Below are positions 39,181-54,183 of a DNA stretch of 64,000 nucleotides, piece by piece. Made by a program: the position numbers and the translations under genes. Source of the DNA: Octopus vulgaris (taxonomy: Eukaryota). The first letter of the stretch is position 1, and every line of letters starts with the position of its first letter. Where the stretch lies: NCBI GenBank assembly GCA_951406725.2, contig OX597814.1:154690001-154754000 (forward strand), in the 5' to 3' direction. The notes below the pieces were generated by a model that saw only the letters and a list, made by a program, of their open reading frames with translations, was not told the DNA's origin and ran no database searches.

Positions 39181-39555
39181 AATAATTGTTATAATTACAC
39201 TAATAATTTCTAGTTGTCTTCAGTCCTGTTAAGCTTAACGTAAATATTCAATCTACACATAGGTGTATGCGACAAGTGTTTATTTGAGATACCAGATGAA
39301 TTCACTTTGCAGCAAGAAACACAAATGACAGCAACAATGTTCATCTCTTTCATTGAGCAAAATTAGCAATGAAGAGATGACTGTGGAAACGAAATAGAAG
39401 AAAAAAATTTACGCCAATGGTAGTGTTCCAGGAGGACTATAGTCCCTGGAGGAAAGAGATAAAAAAATAAAGCAAACACCCAGATAAGTGTGTGTGTATT
39501 TGTAATGTGTATATGTGTAAGAATGTGTGTGTTATGAGTGTTTATAATGATATAT

Positions 39556-39758
39556 ATCGCGTGTGTTTCGTTGGCGATTTTTTTTCCTCCGTCTTCTCTT
39601 CCTTGGATCTTTCCTTTTCCTATGTTTCTGATGAAGAGCTCCACTCGAAACGTTAAATCCTCCTTCCTTCTTTCCTTTCCTGAGCGTCCAATAACAACAT
39701 ACTTGTTCCACGTCCTCGCGTTGTTGTGTTTTCTGTTTGTGTTTTCATGTATGGATTT

Positions 39759-39762
<4 letters not shown>
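39556..39762 (+). mobile_element. Family F1 HHR element (HHR 39624-39658, intact core)
   Basis: GTTT-CTGATGA-A-GAGC-TCC-ACTC-GAAA-CG-TT-AAAT. Its 3' end lies at (TA)n. Confidence 0.8.
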
Positions 39763-39810
<48 letters not shown>

Positions 39811-39957
39811 TATCAATAAAAAAGGGTAAAATTAATTAATTATTAATTAATTCGACCGAGCAGTGTTCGGTATGTAAAACGACCATATATATGTATATAT
39901 ACATATATAAACATATGTATATATACATACATATATGCATGTACAGATATATGTATA

Positions 39958-40021
<64 letters not shown>

Positions 40022-40442
40022 TGTATGAATTTTTGTGTGTATGTGTGTGTATATATTTTAGACTCGTGCATGTAAGTTTGTTTTTGCGAGCATACATGTT
40101 TGTTGAGTTTTGCTTTTAAAATAATACGTAAAGAAGATGGTCCGCGTGCGTGTGTGTGCGTGAGTGTGCGTGAGTGTGCGTTTGTATGAATGCGTATGCG
40201 TGTGTACACACACGTACACATTCCTACACACCTATGTTTGTAGAACTGTAATCTGTAATCCGTTCTTTTCTAAATGTCTCTATGTGTTTTATGTGTGTGT
40301 CTTGTTATTTGTGTACAATTGTTTGTGTACATCTGTAAGTGTTTGCACGTGTGTTTAAGTAATTCTGTGTGTTAAAATGTTATTAACTTGTGCATGTGTA
40401 TGAGTGTATTTTTGTTTTTGGTCTAGACGTCTTCATATATAC

Positions 40443-40513
<71 letters not shown>

Positions 40514-40859
40514 CTTTAATGTGGTTGATGTGTGTGTGCGTAAGTGTAAGGGGACTCTTTGCGTTTATACAAGCATGTATATAATATGCATGTAGCTATG
40601 TATATATGTTCAGAGTATATATTTTATGTATGTATATATTCGTACGTATCTATAAGTGTGTGTATTTGAGTGTGTATGTATCTGCAGTTCTGTTTACGTG
40701 TTTGTGCGTATGCGTTTGCGTCACTGTTTACTGACGTATGCTTGTATGTGAGTATATGCTTATGTGCTTGCGCACGCGTCTGCTTACGTATGTGTGTACG
40801 TATGTATGTATGTATGTATGTATGCACGTGTGTGTGTATGTTCGTGTGCGTGCGTGTGT

Positions 40860-41150
40860 GAGTGTGTGAGTGAATGTTGGTGTTATACGTGTTGATGAGC
40901 GGGTCGGCGTAATGACGGGGAAGAAGGCAAGATTTTTGTTGGGGCTGGAAGTAGCGGGGACGTCATGACGGTGGCATAGAATTGAATTGCTTGCGCTGGA
41001 ATAACTAATGGCGCCATTATGACTGCTCGGGTTCCGTGACTCTCTATCAACTTCACAGATGGCAGTGCAGTCGGCAGCGGAAGGGCTCACCACTTCTAAG
41101 CCAGCCCATCTGATGCTATCAACGATGGAACTTGTTGTTAAGGGGACTAC
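40860..41150 (-). other. Candidate host exon: unique, GC-richer island with an open Ser/Pro/Thr-rich frame
   Basis: ~290 bp non-repetitive, frame open (VVSPSAADCTAICEVDRESRNPSS...). Preceded on the minus strand by a pyrimidine tract, TACTAAT and AG. No recognisable domain. Confidence 0.3.
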
Positions 41151-41391
41151 TATTACATTAGTACAAAAGCAAAAAAAGCAAGAACCGTTTCATATAGACT
41201 GCTTGTTTTTTTTTTTTATTTCATTTAGTTTTTAAGGTTAATTTTTCTCTTTCACTTTTCTTTTTCATACGTCTATGCTAACGTATTGCGTGGGTGCATA
41301 TGTACGTTTGTGCAAATGCCCCATTCATCTCCTCATGTATTATATGAATATACGTATAATGGTATATATGTATATGTGTATGCATACAAGG

Positions 41392-41472
<81 letters not shown>

Positions 41473-41587
41473 TAAGCGTGTGTATGTGTGAATGTGAACA
41501 TGTAGATACCTATTTGTAAATACATGTGTGTATATATTTAGGTATATATATATGTATATGCATGTATATGTGAGTGTATATGTTTAT

Positions 41588-41942
41588 ACGTGGCTGTGTG
41601 GTAAGAAGCTTACTTTCCAACCACATGATTCGAGGTTCAAGTCTGGAGTCAACCAAAGTCTTGAGGGTGGATTTGGGGGACGGAAGCTGAAAGAATCCCG
41701 TTGTATGCACATATAATGTGTGTATCATTATATCTATATTTGTTCTCCTCCATCGCTTGAAAAGCGGTGTTGGTGTGTTTACGTCTCCTTAATCTAGCGG
41801 TTCGGCAAAAGTAACCGATAGAATAAATACCGGGCTTGTAATTAAAATTAGTGCTGGAGTCGGTGTGATCGACTAAAATTGTTTAAGGCAGTGCCCCAGC
41901 AGAGCTGCACTCTGATGACTGAACAATTAAAAGAATGAAAGA
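41588..41942 (+). mobile_element. SINE family A, diverged
   Basis: TGGCTGTGTGGTAAG head, body and tail. Confidence 0.8.
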
Positions 41943-42473
41943 ATTTCTAATGGGAAATTCTTAAGATTTCTATCTAAGATGAAAAACTTTGTAATTCCTA
42001 TTAGCAAATGAAACTTGTGTAATGGTGAATAAATAATACAGAAAAAATTCCAATTTCCTGTTTTGTTATACAGTAACTCTGTCTCTACATTTGTCTCTGT
42101 CTGTTTGCCTCTCTCTTTACCTCTCTTTCCATATATGCATACATACACACATATACATACCATACACGCACACTCACATAAGCACACACACACACACACA
42201 TACACATGCACGCACATACATAGCGACACATACGCAAAGTCAGAGCTCTGAGATTAAGAATTTCATTGCGCAACAACATGAGCCTGGTCTCAGAGATTTT
42301 GGGCCTGTGTTTTCAATGATAGCTTCAGATTAACCAATGTTTCTTGAGGGAAATTGATAGGCAGAAACCGTGCGGAAGCCCATCGTAATGTGTGCTTGTG
42401 TGTATGAACTTCTTAATTACATAGAAATGACTATACCTTTATCAATCAAAGTGTTTGCGCACGTGTGTGCACA

Positions 42474-42508
<35 letters not shown>

Positions 42509-43150
42509 ATGTTTGTATGTATTTGCCGGAGCATGCCCAGGGTTCAATGACTTAATCCAATAAACACACACACACACAATGTACGTGAGAGAAAGAGAAT
42601 GGAATTTACGAAATTCTTTACTATTCACTACGATCGTTTCAACCCATCGTGCACAGGTTTCTCGCGGCAAGTCACCTGATGATATGCATCTGCACCTTCG
42701 GTGCACACCAACAACTGTTTGTACAGTATTTCACTGTTGTATAGTATTTCACTTTTGTATAGTATTTCACAAGTCGAAACAATGGTAAAACAAATCCGCA
42801 GTATCCCAATAAGGGGACAAAATCGATTAAGGCTGTTCACCACTTTTCTTCATTCTACGGAGAAATAGTTAAATTTGGCATGTTTGTCTACAACGTACGT
42901 TTAGCCACACACGCACACACACATACATATATACAAGTCCACATATACTAAAGTATATCCATATGATTATGTTGTCACATACATTATCAGTCATCTCTAC
43001 TTCTCAACGTATACTTTCTCTCACGCACGCACACACGCGCCCGCATGCAGACACAAATACGCCTGTAAATACACACGTCTATACACTTCTTACTTTTCAC
43101 CCTATGTATGAATGTATGCATGAAAATGTTAATGTATGCACAAACACATA

Positions 43151-44002
43151 CAAGGGCGTATCCAAAAGGAATCGGAACTTTGCAATATTTTATTCACTTA
43201 ATTCTACATGTTTCCACCGTTATCATCTTCAAAATATTCTCCAGTTGAAGTAGCGCATCGGTGTAGACGTGTTTTCCACTATTCGGAGCAGTGCTGGAAC
43301 TCTTGCGGAATGATGCCTTTTAACACCTCCATCGTTTTTTTTTTCTTCACCTCTTCCACATCCCAGTGATGACCTTCGAAAAAAGGTCCGGGTCAACTTC
43401 GGACTGTTGTTTCAGTTCACGACGTGCATTTAGCCGTGACTGCTTTTGATCTTCCTTGAGCAAGCGAAGCGCAAATTTTGCTGCAACTCTTTTCATTCGC
43501 AATTCCGCGCTCAAAATTCGTCGGCAGGAGCTCCAGGACACACCAGTTATATCAACAAGTTCGTCACTTGTTCGGAAACGGTCCTCCAGAATCAGTTCAT
43601 TAATTTTTCATGATATTTTTCATTTCTTCGGTAGGAAGACGGTGGGCCTAAACGAGATTAGTCTTCAAGCAACAAGTGACTATACCTAAAGCGTGAAAAC
43701 CACTTGAATGTTTGTGTTTTGCTCATGGCAACGTCCTTGTATGCTGTTTGAAGCATGACAACTGTTTCGGCCGCCGGTTTCCCCTGCTGAAAACAGAATT
43801 TCACTGAAGCAAAACTTGACGAACTGGGGAGTAGCACTACAAAACATAAATGCACCATGTGGCAGTATGACCTTACTAGACAACGCCGGTCAGTATATTG
43901 ATGTCTGAGGGTAGCATCAAGTTGCTTCTAGCGGCGAAAACCTGAACTACAACGGGCTTGTCCCACAGAGAACGTTTCCGGTTATTTTTGGCTACCTTCT
44001 CG
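43151..44002 (-). mobile_element. Internally deleted mariner transposon
   Basis: Imperfect TIRs TA-CAAGGGCGTATCCAAAA / TTTTTGGCTACCTTCTCG-TA. KFCFQQGKPAAETVVML...FKWFSRF and RRILSAELRMKRVAAKF...FSKVITG, then a jump to the C-terminal GEYFE. Confidence 0.9.
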
Positions 44003-44659
44003 TACATACACACACATGTGAACGTGCTGTTCTGAATTTATATGCATGTATGATCTAGATGCTTTTGGTTATAAACACCTTATGCAGACACACACACATT
44101 AACTCACGCATGCGCGAATATACAAGCACACACATACACGCAGATCTAGACATATAACAGTCGAATTGATATATATTCTTTGCAAATAATTATGAGCTGT
44201 TTGCATGAGGATGTGCATACATTTGTCTATTTGTGTGTCCCCGTGTATCTCTGTTCCTGCACAAGTGCACATGAGAGCTTGTATACCAACACACCCTAGC
44301 ATGCGCGTGTGTATGCTTGTGTTTGTACGTATGTGTATATTACTTGAACTACAAAAGTAAAGCTATTCAGGAGATATAACATATGCTACAAAGTTGGCAA
44401 ACTCTCTCATTAAAGAGTATCTTACGTAGGTTTTATTTCTACATTTTACAAGAGTTTTACTTCTAATTTATTTCTCTTATTATGGGTTAGTTTAGCTTAT
44501 GAATTAGCACCGAGTAGCAAATTCCCTCTTGTTTTAAACTCATATACTGCTTTTATGGAGTAATTTACTGGGAGTGGTTGATGAGGGCTCTTAATATCTT
44601 TCGTAGACTTCTTAAAACTACTCCAAGTCTGCAGTCAATGTTACCAGATGAACGAACAC

Positions 44660-45071
44660 TTACCTTACCTTTACCTTTACCTTTTACTTGTTTCAGTCAT
44701 TTGACTGCGGCCATGCTGGAGCACCGCCTTTAGTCGAGCAAATCGACCCCAGGACTTATTCTTTGTAAGCCCAGTACTTATTCTATCGGCACTTTTGCCG
44801 AACCGCTAAGTTACGGGGACGTAAACACCCCAGCATCGGTTGTCAAGCAATGCTAGGGGGACAAACACAGGCACACAAACACACATATACATATATATAC
44901 ATATATACGACAGGCTTCTTTCAGTTTCCGTCTACCAAATTCACTCACAAGGCATTGGTCGGCCCGGGGCTATAGCAGAAGACACTTGCCCAAGATGCCA
45001 CGCAGTGGGACTGAACCCGGAACCATGTGGTTGGTTAGCAAGCTACTTACCACACAGCCACTCCTACGCCT
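44660..45071 (-). mobile_element. SINE family A, full length (diverged SINE B follows at ~45100-45330)
   Basis: Close match to 9430-9845. Confidence 0.9.
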
Positions 45072-46117
45072 ATATACTTGTTAATATAACATTATGTAAC
45101 AAGGCGGTAATCTGGCAGATAGCGTTAGATTTTTCCGAACAAAGTCTACGCGGTATTTCTTCTGGCTTTACATTCTGGTTTCAAATTCCGCTGGAGGCCG
45201 ACTTTATCTCCATCTTCTCTGGATCGATAAAATAAACATCAGGTAAACGGTGAGTTCGATGTAATCGATTAGCCCCTCCCGCCGCATTTCTATTATTCAC
45301 ATAAGGCTTTATAGTAGAAAGGAAATATAATATTATGTAATTGTGTTTCCTGCCGAGCTTTAATTTATCTTTAATCGTTTTAGTGTCCGGAGGATAAGTA
45401 GCAGCCAAGTACCGTAGTTGATATGATTGATCATACTCCTCCTCTGCCAAATTGTGGCCTTGTACTAATTACACAATTACTAGTTCAGTCTCCTACTAGT
45501 TGATTGGTTCTTTCTTTCATCGTCACTGGAACAACAAAAGGCAAAGTTTTGAATTAAAAAACAATGTTTTGAAAATCAGTGTTATTATTATTTTTTGACA
45601 CGCAAGAACCTGCAGAACAGGTGTTTCCCTCCAGTGTTTGCATCGTTCTGTAGAATTGGATACTGGCCTACTGCAGGTAGCTTCTTCTTGGGAAAAGAAA
45701 GAACCCCCACCCACAAAAACTAAAATTTACTAGACATTTCCAAAAATCAGATTCCGATGGTGCCTTATCATAGTAATTCTTAACAAGAGTTAAGGGTACA
45801 TTTTAAGGGAGTGGCCGGCTATCAGTGTGTTTGTGTTGTAAAAAGGATGTCAATGGGAGAAACTTAAAACTGTTGTGCAACAGGTTCCAGGAACTGAAGA
45901 TCTTTTAAGGGAGTCTTGATTAAAAACTCTGTGAATGGATTGTTTATAACAGTGTGCGGCACCTAACAAGGTTTAAACATATGCGGCATCTAAATGAACT
46001 GTATATGGAAATATAAAGGCCAGGATGGTCATATTTGGAGCGCTTGTGATATTAAGTCTACTCGATTAGGGCTGACTTATTCAACAACTCCACCAGAAAC
46101 AACTTATTTTCATCTAT

Positions 46118-46169
<52 letters not shown>

Positions 46170-46182
<13 letters not shown>

Positions 46183-46758
46183 TATATGCAGAGAGCGTTT
46201 CCTCCGAGTCAAAGTAGAAAAGTGGAAACCAAGCCTTGCATCCTTTCGGGGTCGATTGAATAAGTACCAGTTACGCACTGGTGTTGATGTAATCGACTTA
46301 ATCCCCTCCCCCAAGCTGCCCTTGTGGCAAAAATTTGAAATAATAATAATAATTAGTATAAGGTGGCTGAGGGCAGCAAGTTGGCAGAATCGTTAACACG
46401 CTAGACGAAATACTTAGCGGTATTTCGCTCGTCGCTACATTCTGAGTTCAACTTTTTCTTTCATCCTTTCTGGGTCGAGAAATTAAGTATCAGTGAAATA
46501 CTGGAGTTGATGTAATCGACTAGACTCTCCCACCAAATTTCAAGCCTTGTACCTATCGTGGAAAGGATTATTATTATTATCATAATGCTTAGCGGCATTT
46601 CGCCCGTCTTTACCTTCTCAGTTGAAATTCCACCGTAGTTAACTTTGCCTTTCATCCTTTCGGGGTCGAAAATTTAAGTACGAGCTGCGTACTGGGGTCG
46701 ATCTAATCGACTGGCCCTCTCCCCTAAAATTTCAGGCCTTGTGCCTATAGTAGGAAGG

Positions 46759-46821
<63 letters not shown>

Positions 46822-47365
46822 GAGTGAGCGAGCAGAGCATGCCATCAAAATGATACTGGGGTAAAATATACGAAGCCCAGTATACCCATCATGACTACCC
46901 GTCTGATAAGGTTACACCAGGCACATGCATCACAACCATATGTGCGCGACATGGTGATCTCATATCAACATGACCTTGTAGGTGGAGCCCAGTTAGAATT
47001 TTCTTCAGATCGAGTAACCCATCCCGCTCAAAAGGTCCCTGAATAAGGGTTGTTTAAGGACGTTGAACGAAACACCCATGTTTCCAGAGGTGAATTATTC
47101 AAACCCCAAAGAATCCTTCTCAACACATGGCTATGATGCTCCCCCACTACTTCTGCTCGTGATCAGAGATGCACATATCGTCAGCCACTAAGGGACATGC
47201 TCAACTGGTTAAGGTCAAACAACTGACAAGCAAATCTGTGGTATTGAGCAGAATATTTGCTGTAGCCCATCTTTTATACCAAGACAGAACAATGTACATG
47301 ATAACACTTCCAATCAGTTAAGATCAGAAGCCATGAGAGCCACTGCCTGGTACTGCATCAGGGCA

Positions 47366-47430
<65 letters not shown>

Positions 47431-48915
47431 CATTATTATAAGGCGGCGATATGACAGAATCATTAGCGCGCTAGACGAAATGCTTAGCGGTATTTAGCCT
47501 GCGTTCTGTCTTCAAATTCCGCCAAGGTTGATTTTGCCTTTCATCTTTTTGGGGTCGATAAAACAACTACCAGTTGAACCCTGGGGTCGATGCAATCGAC
47601 TCATCTCCTCCCCCTTGTGGCAAAATTTGAAATCAGAACACTGAGTGTCAATGTAATCGACTAGGTCTGTCTCCTTTCTCAATTTCAGGCCTTGTGTCTT
47701 TAGTACAAAGGATCATTAATGTGGTGAGTTGGCAGAATTGTTATCGCATTGGAAACATCGTTTTGCGATATTTGTTCCGGCTCTCTACGTTCTGAGTTCA
47801 AATCCTACTGAGGTCATAATTAGCTTTCATTCTTTCGAGGTCGATGAAATAAAGTACTTGATAATGATATCAACTAACTCTCTCCCATAAAATTTACTGA
47901 CCTTGTGCTTAAATTAGAAGCTGTACTTACTCTTTTTTCATTCTTCTGAGGTTTCCGCATGGGTGTTAAGAAGCTCGTCTTGAAACTACCTTGTTTTGGA
48001 TTCATTCCCACTACGCGGCGCTTAGGGCAAGTCTTCTACTATTTTTGCTGAACTGATCAATGTCTAATGAGTGAATTTGGCAAATGGAAACTGTGTAGAA
48101 GCCTATTATATCTACCCCAGTGCGTAACTGGTAATTATTTAATCGACTCCGAAAGGATGAAAGACAAAGTCGACCTCGGCGGAATTTGAACTCAGAACGT
48201 AACGGTAGACGAAATACCTATTTCTTTACTACCCACAAGGGGCTAAGCACAGAAAGGACAAACAAGGACAGACAAACGGTTTAAGTCGATTATATCGACC
48301 CCAGTGAGTAACTGGTACTTTATTTATCGACCCCGAAAGGATGAAAGGCAAAGTCGACCTCGGCGGAATTTGAACTCAGAACGTAACAGCAGACGAAATA
48401 CCACTAAGCATTTCAGCCGGCGTGCTAACGTTTCTGCCAGCTCGCATGTTTTTTGGGTTTGTTCTCCTCATTGCTTGGTAGCTACTGTGATTTATTTACA
48501 TCCCTGTAACCTAGCTGTTCGGCAAAAGCAACCGACAGAGTAAGTACCAGTCTTTAAAAATAAATACCAGAATCGATTTATTCAACTGAAACCTTCAAAG
48601 CAGTGCTGTAGCGTTGCCGCAGTACTATGACTGAAACAAGTAACAGATCAAAAATATATACTGAATACATTTAATCTACTGTGCTACTTGACAATCGTAT
48701 TATCAGCATCGATTAAGGTGACGAGCTGGCAGACTCGTTAGCAGTGCATTTCGTTTTTCTATATGTTCTGAGTTCAAAATTCCGTCGGGGTGGACTTTCT
48801 CTTTTAACTTTCGAGATCGATAAAATAGGCATTACTAGAACACTGGGGCCAATGTAATCGACTATTCTCCTTCCCCGAGCTTGTTAGCCTAGTACCAAAA
48901 TTCGAAACCATTATT
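46170..48915. mobile_element. Dense cluster of ~9 SINE B copies or fragments plus a SINE A (47955-48655) with two nested minus-strand B units
   Basis: Repeated CATCCTTTCGGGGTCGA...GTACCAG...GTAATCGACT motifs. Confidence 0.85.
46820..47367 (-). mobile_element. ~550-bp non-coding element inserted in (TAA)n
   Basis: (ATT)n on both sides. Second copy at 18193-18404. Orientation inferred from the shared end. Confidence 0.8.
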
Positions 48916-51789
48916 GCAATTGATTGTTTCATGCATGCCTTGTTCCTAACAATAACAGCCATTAACTCCTTCAAAGCAGTTATTTATTTATTAATTTTTT
49001 TCTGTTAAGTGTGGGAGGATGAACTCAAAGAAATTTTCTCGTAATATGAAAGATGAAATCATTGAAAGTGAGCGGCGTCAACATCTCGCCTTACTTTTTT
49101 CTTTTTATACCATAGCATTGAATACATATTTTGACTTAGTTGGATATTTCTTTTTTCCTTGAAGAACTACTTTATTTACTTTTTTGAATTTTTTTTTTTT
49201 TTTTGTTACTGAACAGCTAACCGTTTAGTGCTTATTGTGAAAACATAGTATGTTGAAGTGAAACACAGATACATGAATACTAGACAGAAGTCGCAGCAAC
49301 GGCAGCGGCAAGAAAAGGAAGAGGAGGAGGAGGAAGAAGGAGAAGAAGAAAAAGAAAACGAAGAGGAGGAGGAGAGAATAAGGAACAGATGAGGAATGAC
49401 AACAGCAAAAATGGGAAAAGAATAGGACGAGAATGAGAATAATAATATGAAGGACGAAGTGGAGGAAGGAGAAAAGAAGGAGAACAACAAAAGGAACAAC
49501 AGCGAAGGCTAAAACAAAGTGCAAAATTCGACTATATTTCACGGTATGTACACTATTCATCTTAATCAGTAGTTCGTATAATATTTGTAATCTTAGAACT
49601 ACGAAATCAGTTCAGAGCACGTGGCTACTGATACTATCTCTTGACTTAATTCCAAATTTAAATCACAATTCAAGAAGAATAAAAAAAGAGAGGGAACGAA
49701 AGAAAAGATTTTGACTCTACTGGATTATTCAGTTAAATAACAAACTTGTGAAGAATGTTCAAAACTTTAAAACAATCAATATTTATCAGAGTTAGGAGTG
49801 GTGCACACTGGCAGCATGTTATTTCCTACTAACCTGAGATTTTGGTGCCATTTTTATCGCAACTACTGTGACTTCTGTTCCTCAGAGCTGGTTGGTACCA
49901 CACCATATCCACTTAGACTCCTCAATTCCTTTGTGTTTTCTCTTATTACCCATATTGTGTTCATACCCTTAGGCTTTGCACTAATCACAATATCTAGTCT
50001 TTTTCTCGAAAAAGTCAGTTCTATGAAATTTCGTTCCAGTTCATATTTTACCTGCAGACATATTTTACCTGCAATTGTGCAAAATCAGCATCAACCAAGT
50101 CACTTTAAGAGATTGCCCAGGCCTTGAAAACAATTCCTTTCTTCGGATCAAACTATGAAAAGAATGGCGTTTGAAGCCATTTACTTTCACTTACGTTGGT
50201 AATGCTTTAAATACCTTAGTATTCACGAAAATGTATCATACAAGAGGAACAAAGATAGAATGACAGGGGTATATTATATCAAATTAGAAAAATATGTCAG
50301 TTGTAGCATTCGCCTTATAGTAATGTATTTACGACATCAGTATTGGTACAAGCATTTGGGATATTTGACTCGTCTTTTGAGAGAATCCGATCTATAGATA
50401 TTCAGATATACAAGATCTAAACATCAACTGGAAACTTCCACAAAAATATTGGGCACTGCTTCAGAAGAATGAGGAATGGGAAGAGCTTTAACATCAGTGC
50501 AGGCAGTCTTTGAGTGAGTTATTTAAACAACAGCAGCAAAATTAAATGCACCAAGCAAGCCCTCAAAAGTAAAAAGAATAACTTCTTACTGGTTGCTTGA
50601 AAACTTATCAAGCAGTACTCACTTTTTGGTGAGCTTCTCCGAAGCCTCAGAATTGCTGCTTTGCATACATCCATAAAAAACTGGAAGAGAAGGACTTTGG
50701 ATGAAAAATAGTTATAGAAGGGTTTTCTTGCTGCAAGCATTACAATGACACTAATGAAGAGTAACCGTTTTTGGATTCTTGAGTGTTATATTTCAATACG
50801 TACTGAAAATATGTGTCGTAAGAAGGGACTCTTACGGCATATCTAACAGACTAAAGAGATAATAAAATCCTTAAACACTTCAAAATGTGACAGATTGATT
50901 ACGTCACATTTCTGTGGAAGGAATCAGGTATGTAATCAGTAGCTGCCCTAACTGATATCAAAGTACTCCTTTTCAATACAGCACGCTGTTACTGCGAAAA
51001 CAATACAACAACGTTTTCTTTAATAAAACTGCTCTCTAATAAATATGGAAAATTTGCTCTTGGACACATACACATAAACACAAAACATATAACCATACAT
51101 ATCTACACACATAGGTATCAACAATGAATATGAATAAACATCTTAGTGCAAACGTAAAGGGTTTGATATAGTAGTTAATGCTACTATAAATATGGAGGAA
51201 GGAATAGTAACAAATGGCTTCGCAGGCACTCCGTTAAGTCATTAATGTTTTCTCTTGGACTATTGCAGATCAACTCCTGTGGGAAAGATATGAATAAAAA
51301 GGGAGGCTAAGGCAGAAAAGAAAAATTATATAGAATTACAGAGGTCAGTCACCCTGCAGGAGAGAATATTTAGTCCATAATCAAAACCTATAGCTTTTCT
51401 ATCCAGATTATAAATTCACCGTAATACCTGTAAGTGTTGCTGAACTGGGCTCAGTCAAAAATATGTATGTGACAATCACGAGTTGCTTATATGTAACGAA
51501 AGTAACCAGTTATAAAGGCACATATTTTCTAAATTTCAATGTTTCCATTCACCGTTCTTAACCAAAGTTTAGCGAAGGTGCTTATTTCTTTGTTAGGAAT
51601 CAACTCTTTATCTTCAGGAAGGATTATATAGATACGTACTTGCACGAATACATACATAGTTAAATGAATAAATACAGATAATATACATGTGTGTATATAC
51701 ATGTGTGTATATATATGGATATATATGACACTTTTTATAAACTTGTATATATTTTAATATGTTTTCATTTAATTGTTTTAGATTGAGGC

Positions 51790-51990
51790 TCAAGGCCAGC
51801 AATTTTGAGATAATGGTGTTAGCCGATACCATCGACCGCAGTGCTTGACAGGTATCATCCCCAAAGGGTTTAAACGCTAAGATGAATTCTGGATTTCATC
51901 GAGATTTGAACTCAGAACGTAAAGAGCCAGAACAAATACTGCAAGCCATTTTTCCGACGCTGTAACGATTCTGCCAGCTCGCCGCCTTAA
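51790..51990 (-). mobile_element. SINE family B, diverged
   Basis: GATTTGAACTCAGAACGTAA...GATTCTGCCAGCTCGCCGCCTT. Confidence 0.8.
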
Positions 51991-52160
51991 CTGAGTTTCT
52001 ATATAATAATTATATACTTAGACTTGTATATAATTTGCCATAAACTTAATTAAACGTAAAAGTTCGCCGGAGCGTTACAAAGTTTCATTTAATCTTCTTT
52101 CGTAGCAAAAATGGTTAACTTTCAGATTAGTTTTCAGATTGTAATACACACACACACACA

Positions 52161-52276
<116 letters not shown>

Positions 52277-52575
52277 ACACCACACATACACAGACTCACA
52301 TACATACACACACGTAAGCACGCATGCATACATTCACAGACTAATACATTTACACATACACAGACAAGAACCCCACACAATCCCCATACACTCATATATT
52401 TATGTATATCAATACATACATAAATAAACCTACACATATATTTGTGTATTCACATAAGTATGTTATTGTGTATGCGTCCATGGGTGCACGCGTTTCTATG
52501 TGTGCATAATGTATATATGCGTGTGTATATGTATATACATGTATTTATATAGATGAATATATATATATATATAGA

Positions 52576-52628
<53 letters not shown>

Positions 52629-52691
52629 GTATTGCTATGTATTGAGTACCTTATTTACTTTGATTAACCCCGACTCAACCCGGGACCTACA

Positions 52692-52756
<65 letters not shown>

Positions 52757-54016
52757 GCATACATGCATATATCAAATGTATATATATAGTACATGAATAT
52801 ACACACACTCACACACGTATATACATATATGGGCTGTTAATTGATAAGTAATAGCAATGATTAACTGGAGAAAGAACTCAATAATGGCTTAAGAGTAAAA
52901 TTCATTCTTAAAAATGTGTTGCTTGTAATTTCATGTCTCACCTGTTTCAAAGAAGGTTCACACACTCACAACAGACTAACATACGCACAATACTTCGTTA
53001 TATTCAATGTGTGTGTGTGTGTGAGTGTGTGTGCGCGTGTGTGTGTGCGTATGCACTCGTACACATTTTACTCTCGACCAGTGGGGCTGCGAGCATACTA
53101 TAGCATTGCTCTCATTCATACGCACGTACACACACATACATATATATATACATAGTTAAATCTATATATGTATGTATTTGTGTATATATATATGCGTGTA
53201 TGTGTTTGTGTGTGTGTGTATTTATATATGTGTATGTATGTACAAATGTGGGTACAAAAGCTATTCTGAAAATACACTATCTGTTGTAGATGTAACAAGA
53301 GTACTGGAAGTTGAGAAAGATGAATATGATATGGCGGGAATATAAAAGATGAAAGGAAACTATAAGTAATGCTAACTGCTAACAAAATTCATACGTACAT
53401 ACATACATACATACATACATACATACATACATACATACATACATACATACATACATGCATACATACATACATGCATGCATACACACATACATACATACAT
53501 AGACACAGACACAGACACACACACACACACATACACACGCACACACATATATATATAGATATATGAGTGCTTTGTGTATACAACGTGTGCCCATATAGAC
53601 ATACATATGCATACATATATGAATGTACGTGATGTATGTTTGTTAATATATACATATATATATATATTAACAAACATGCATACATATACACTCATATACG
53701 CATACACATGTGTGTGTGTGTGTGTGTGTGCACGCGCTTGGGGGAAGGGTGTAAAAATGCGACGCAATTTTTTTTCAATTATTTCGGTTTCCCTTTTTTG
53801 CTTTGTCTCTGTTAAAACGATTCTGTATTCTTGTATTTGTTTTATTAGGAATTAGTGGCAGAATGCGAAAACTAATTAATAGTTATTGATAACTAATTAA
53901 TTACATTGAGTTTGTTTGACAATAACAATACTAATAACAACAACAAAAACAATAATAATAATATTAAATTAAAAAAAAACAGCAACAACAACGATAAAAA
54001 CAGTAACAATAATAAA

Positions 54017-54087
<71 letters not shown>

Positions 54088-54125
54088 ATAATAATAATAA
54101 TAATAATAATAGTAATAATAATAGC

Positions 54126-54179
<54 letters not shown>

Positions 54180-54183
<4 letters not shown>

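Noticed and set aside
42676-42790. CTGATGA ... CGAAAC as a possible hammerhead
   Set aside because: No stem I or stem II complementarity could be built.
47310-47365. Short matches to U2 snRNA words (TAAGATCA, TGCAGTACC)
   Set aside because: The matches are short, on opposite strands and not collinear with U2.
49600-51600. Long microsatellite-free AT-rich stretch
   Set aside because: No recognisable protein motif or structure by eye. It is possibly an old transposon and is left unannotated.
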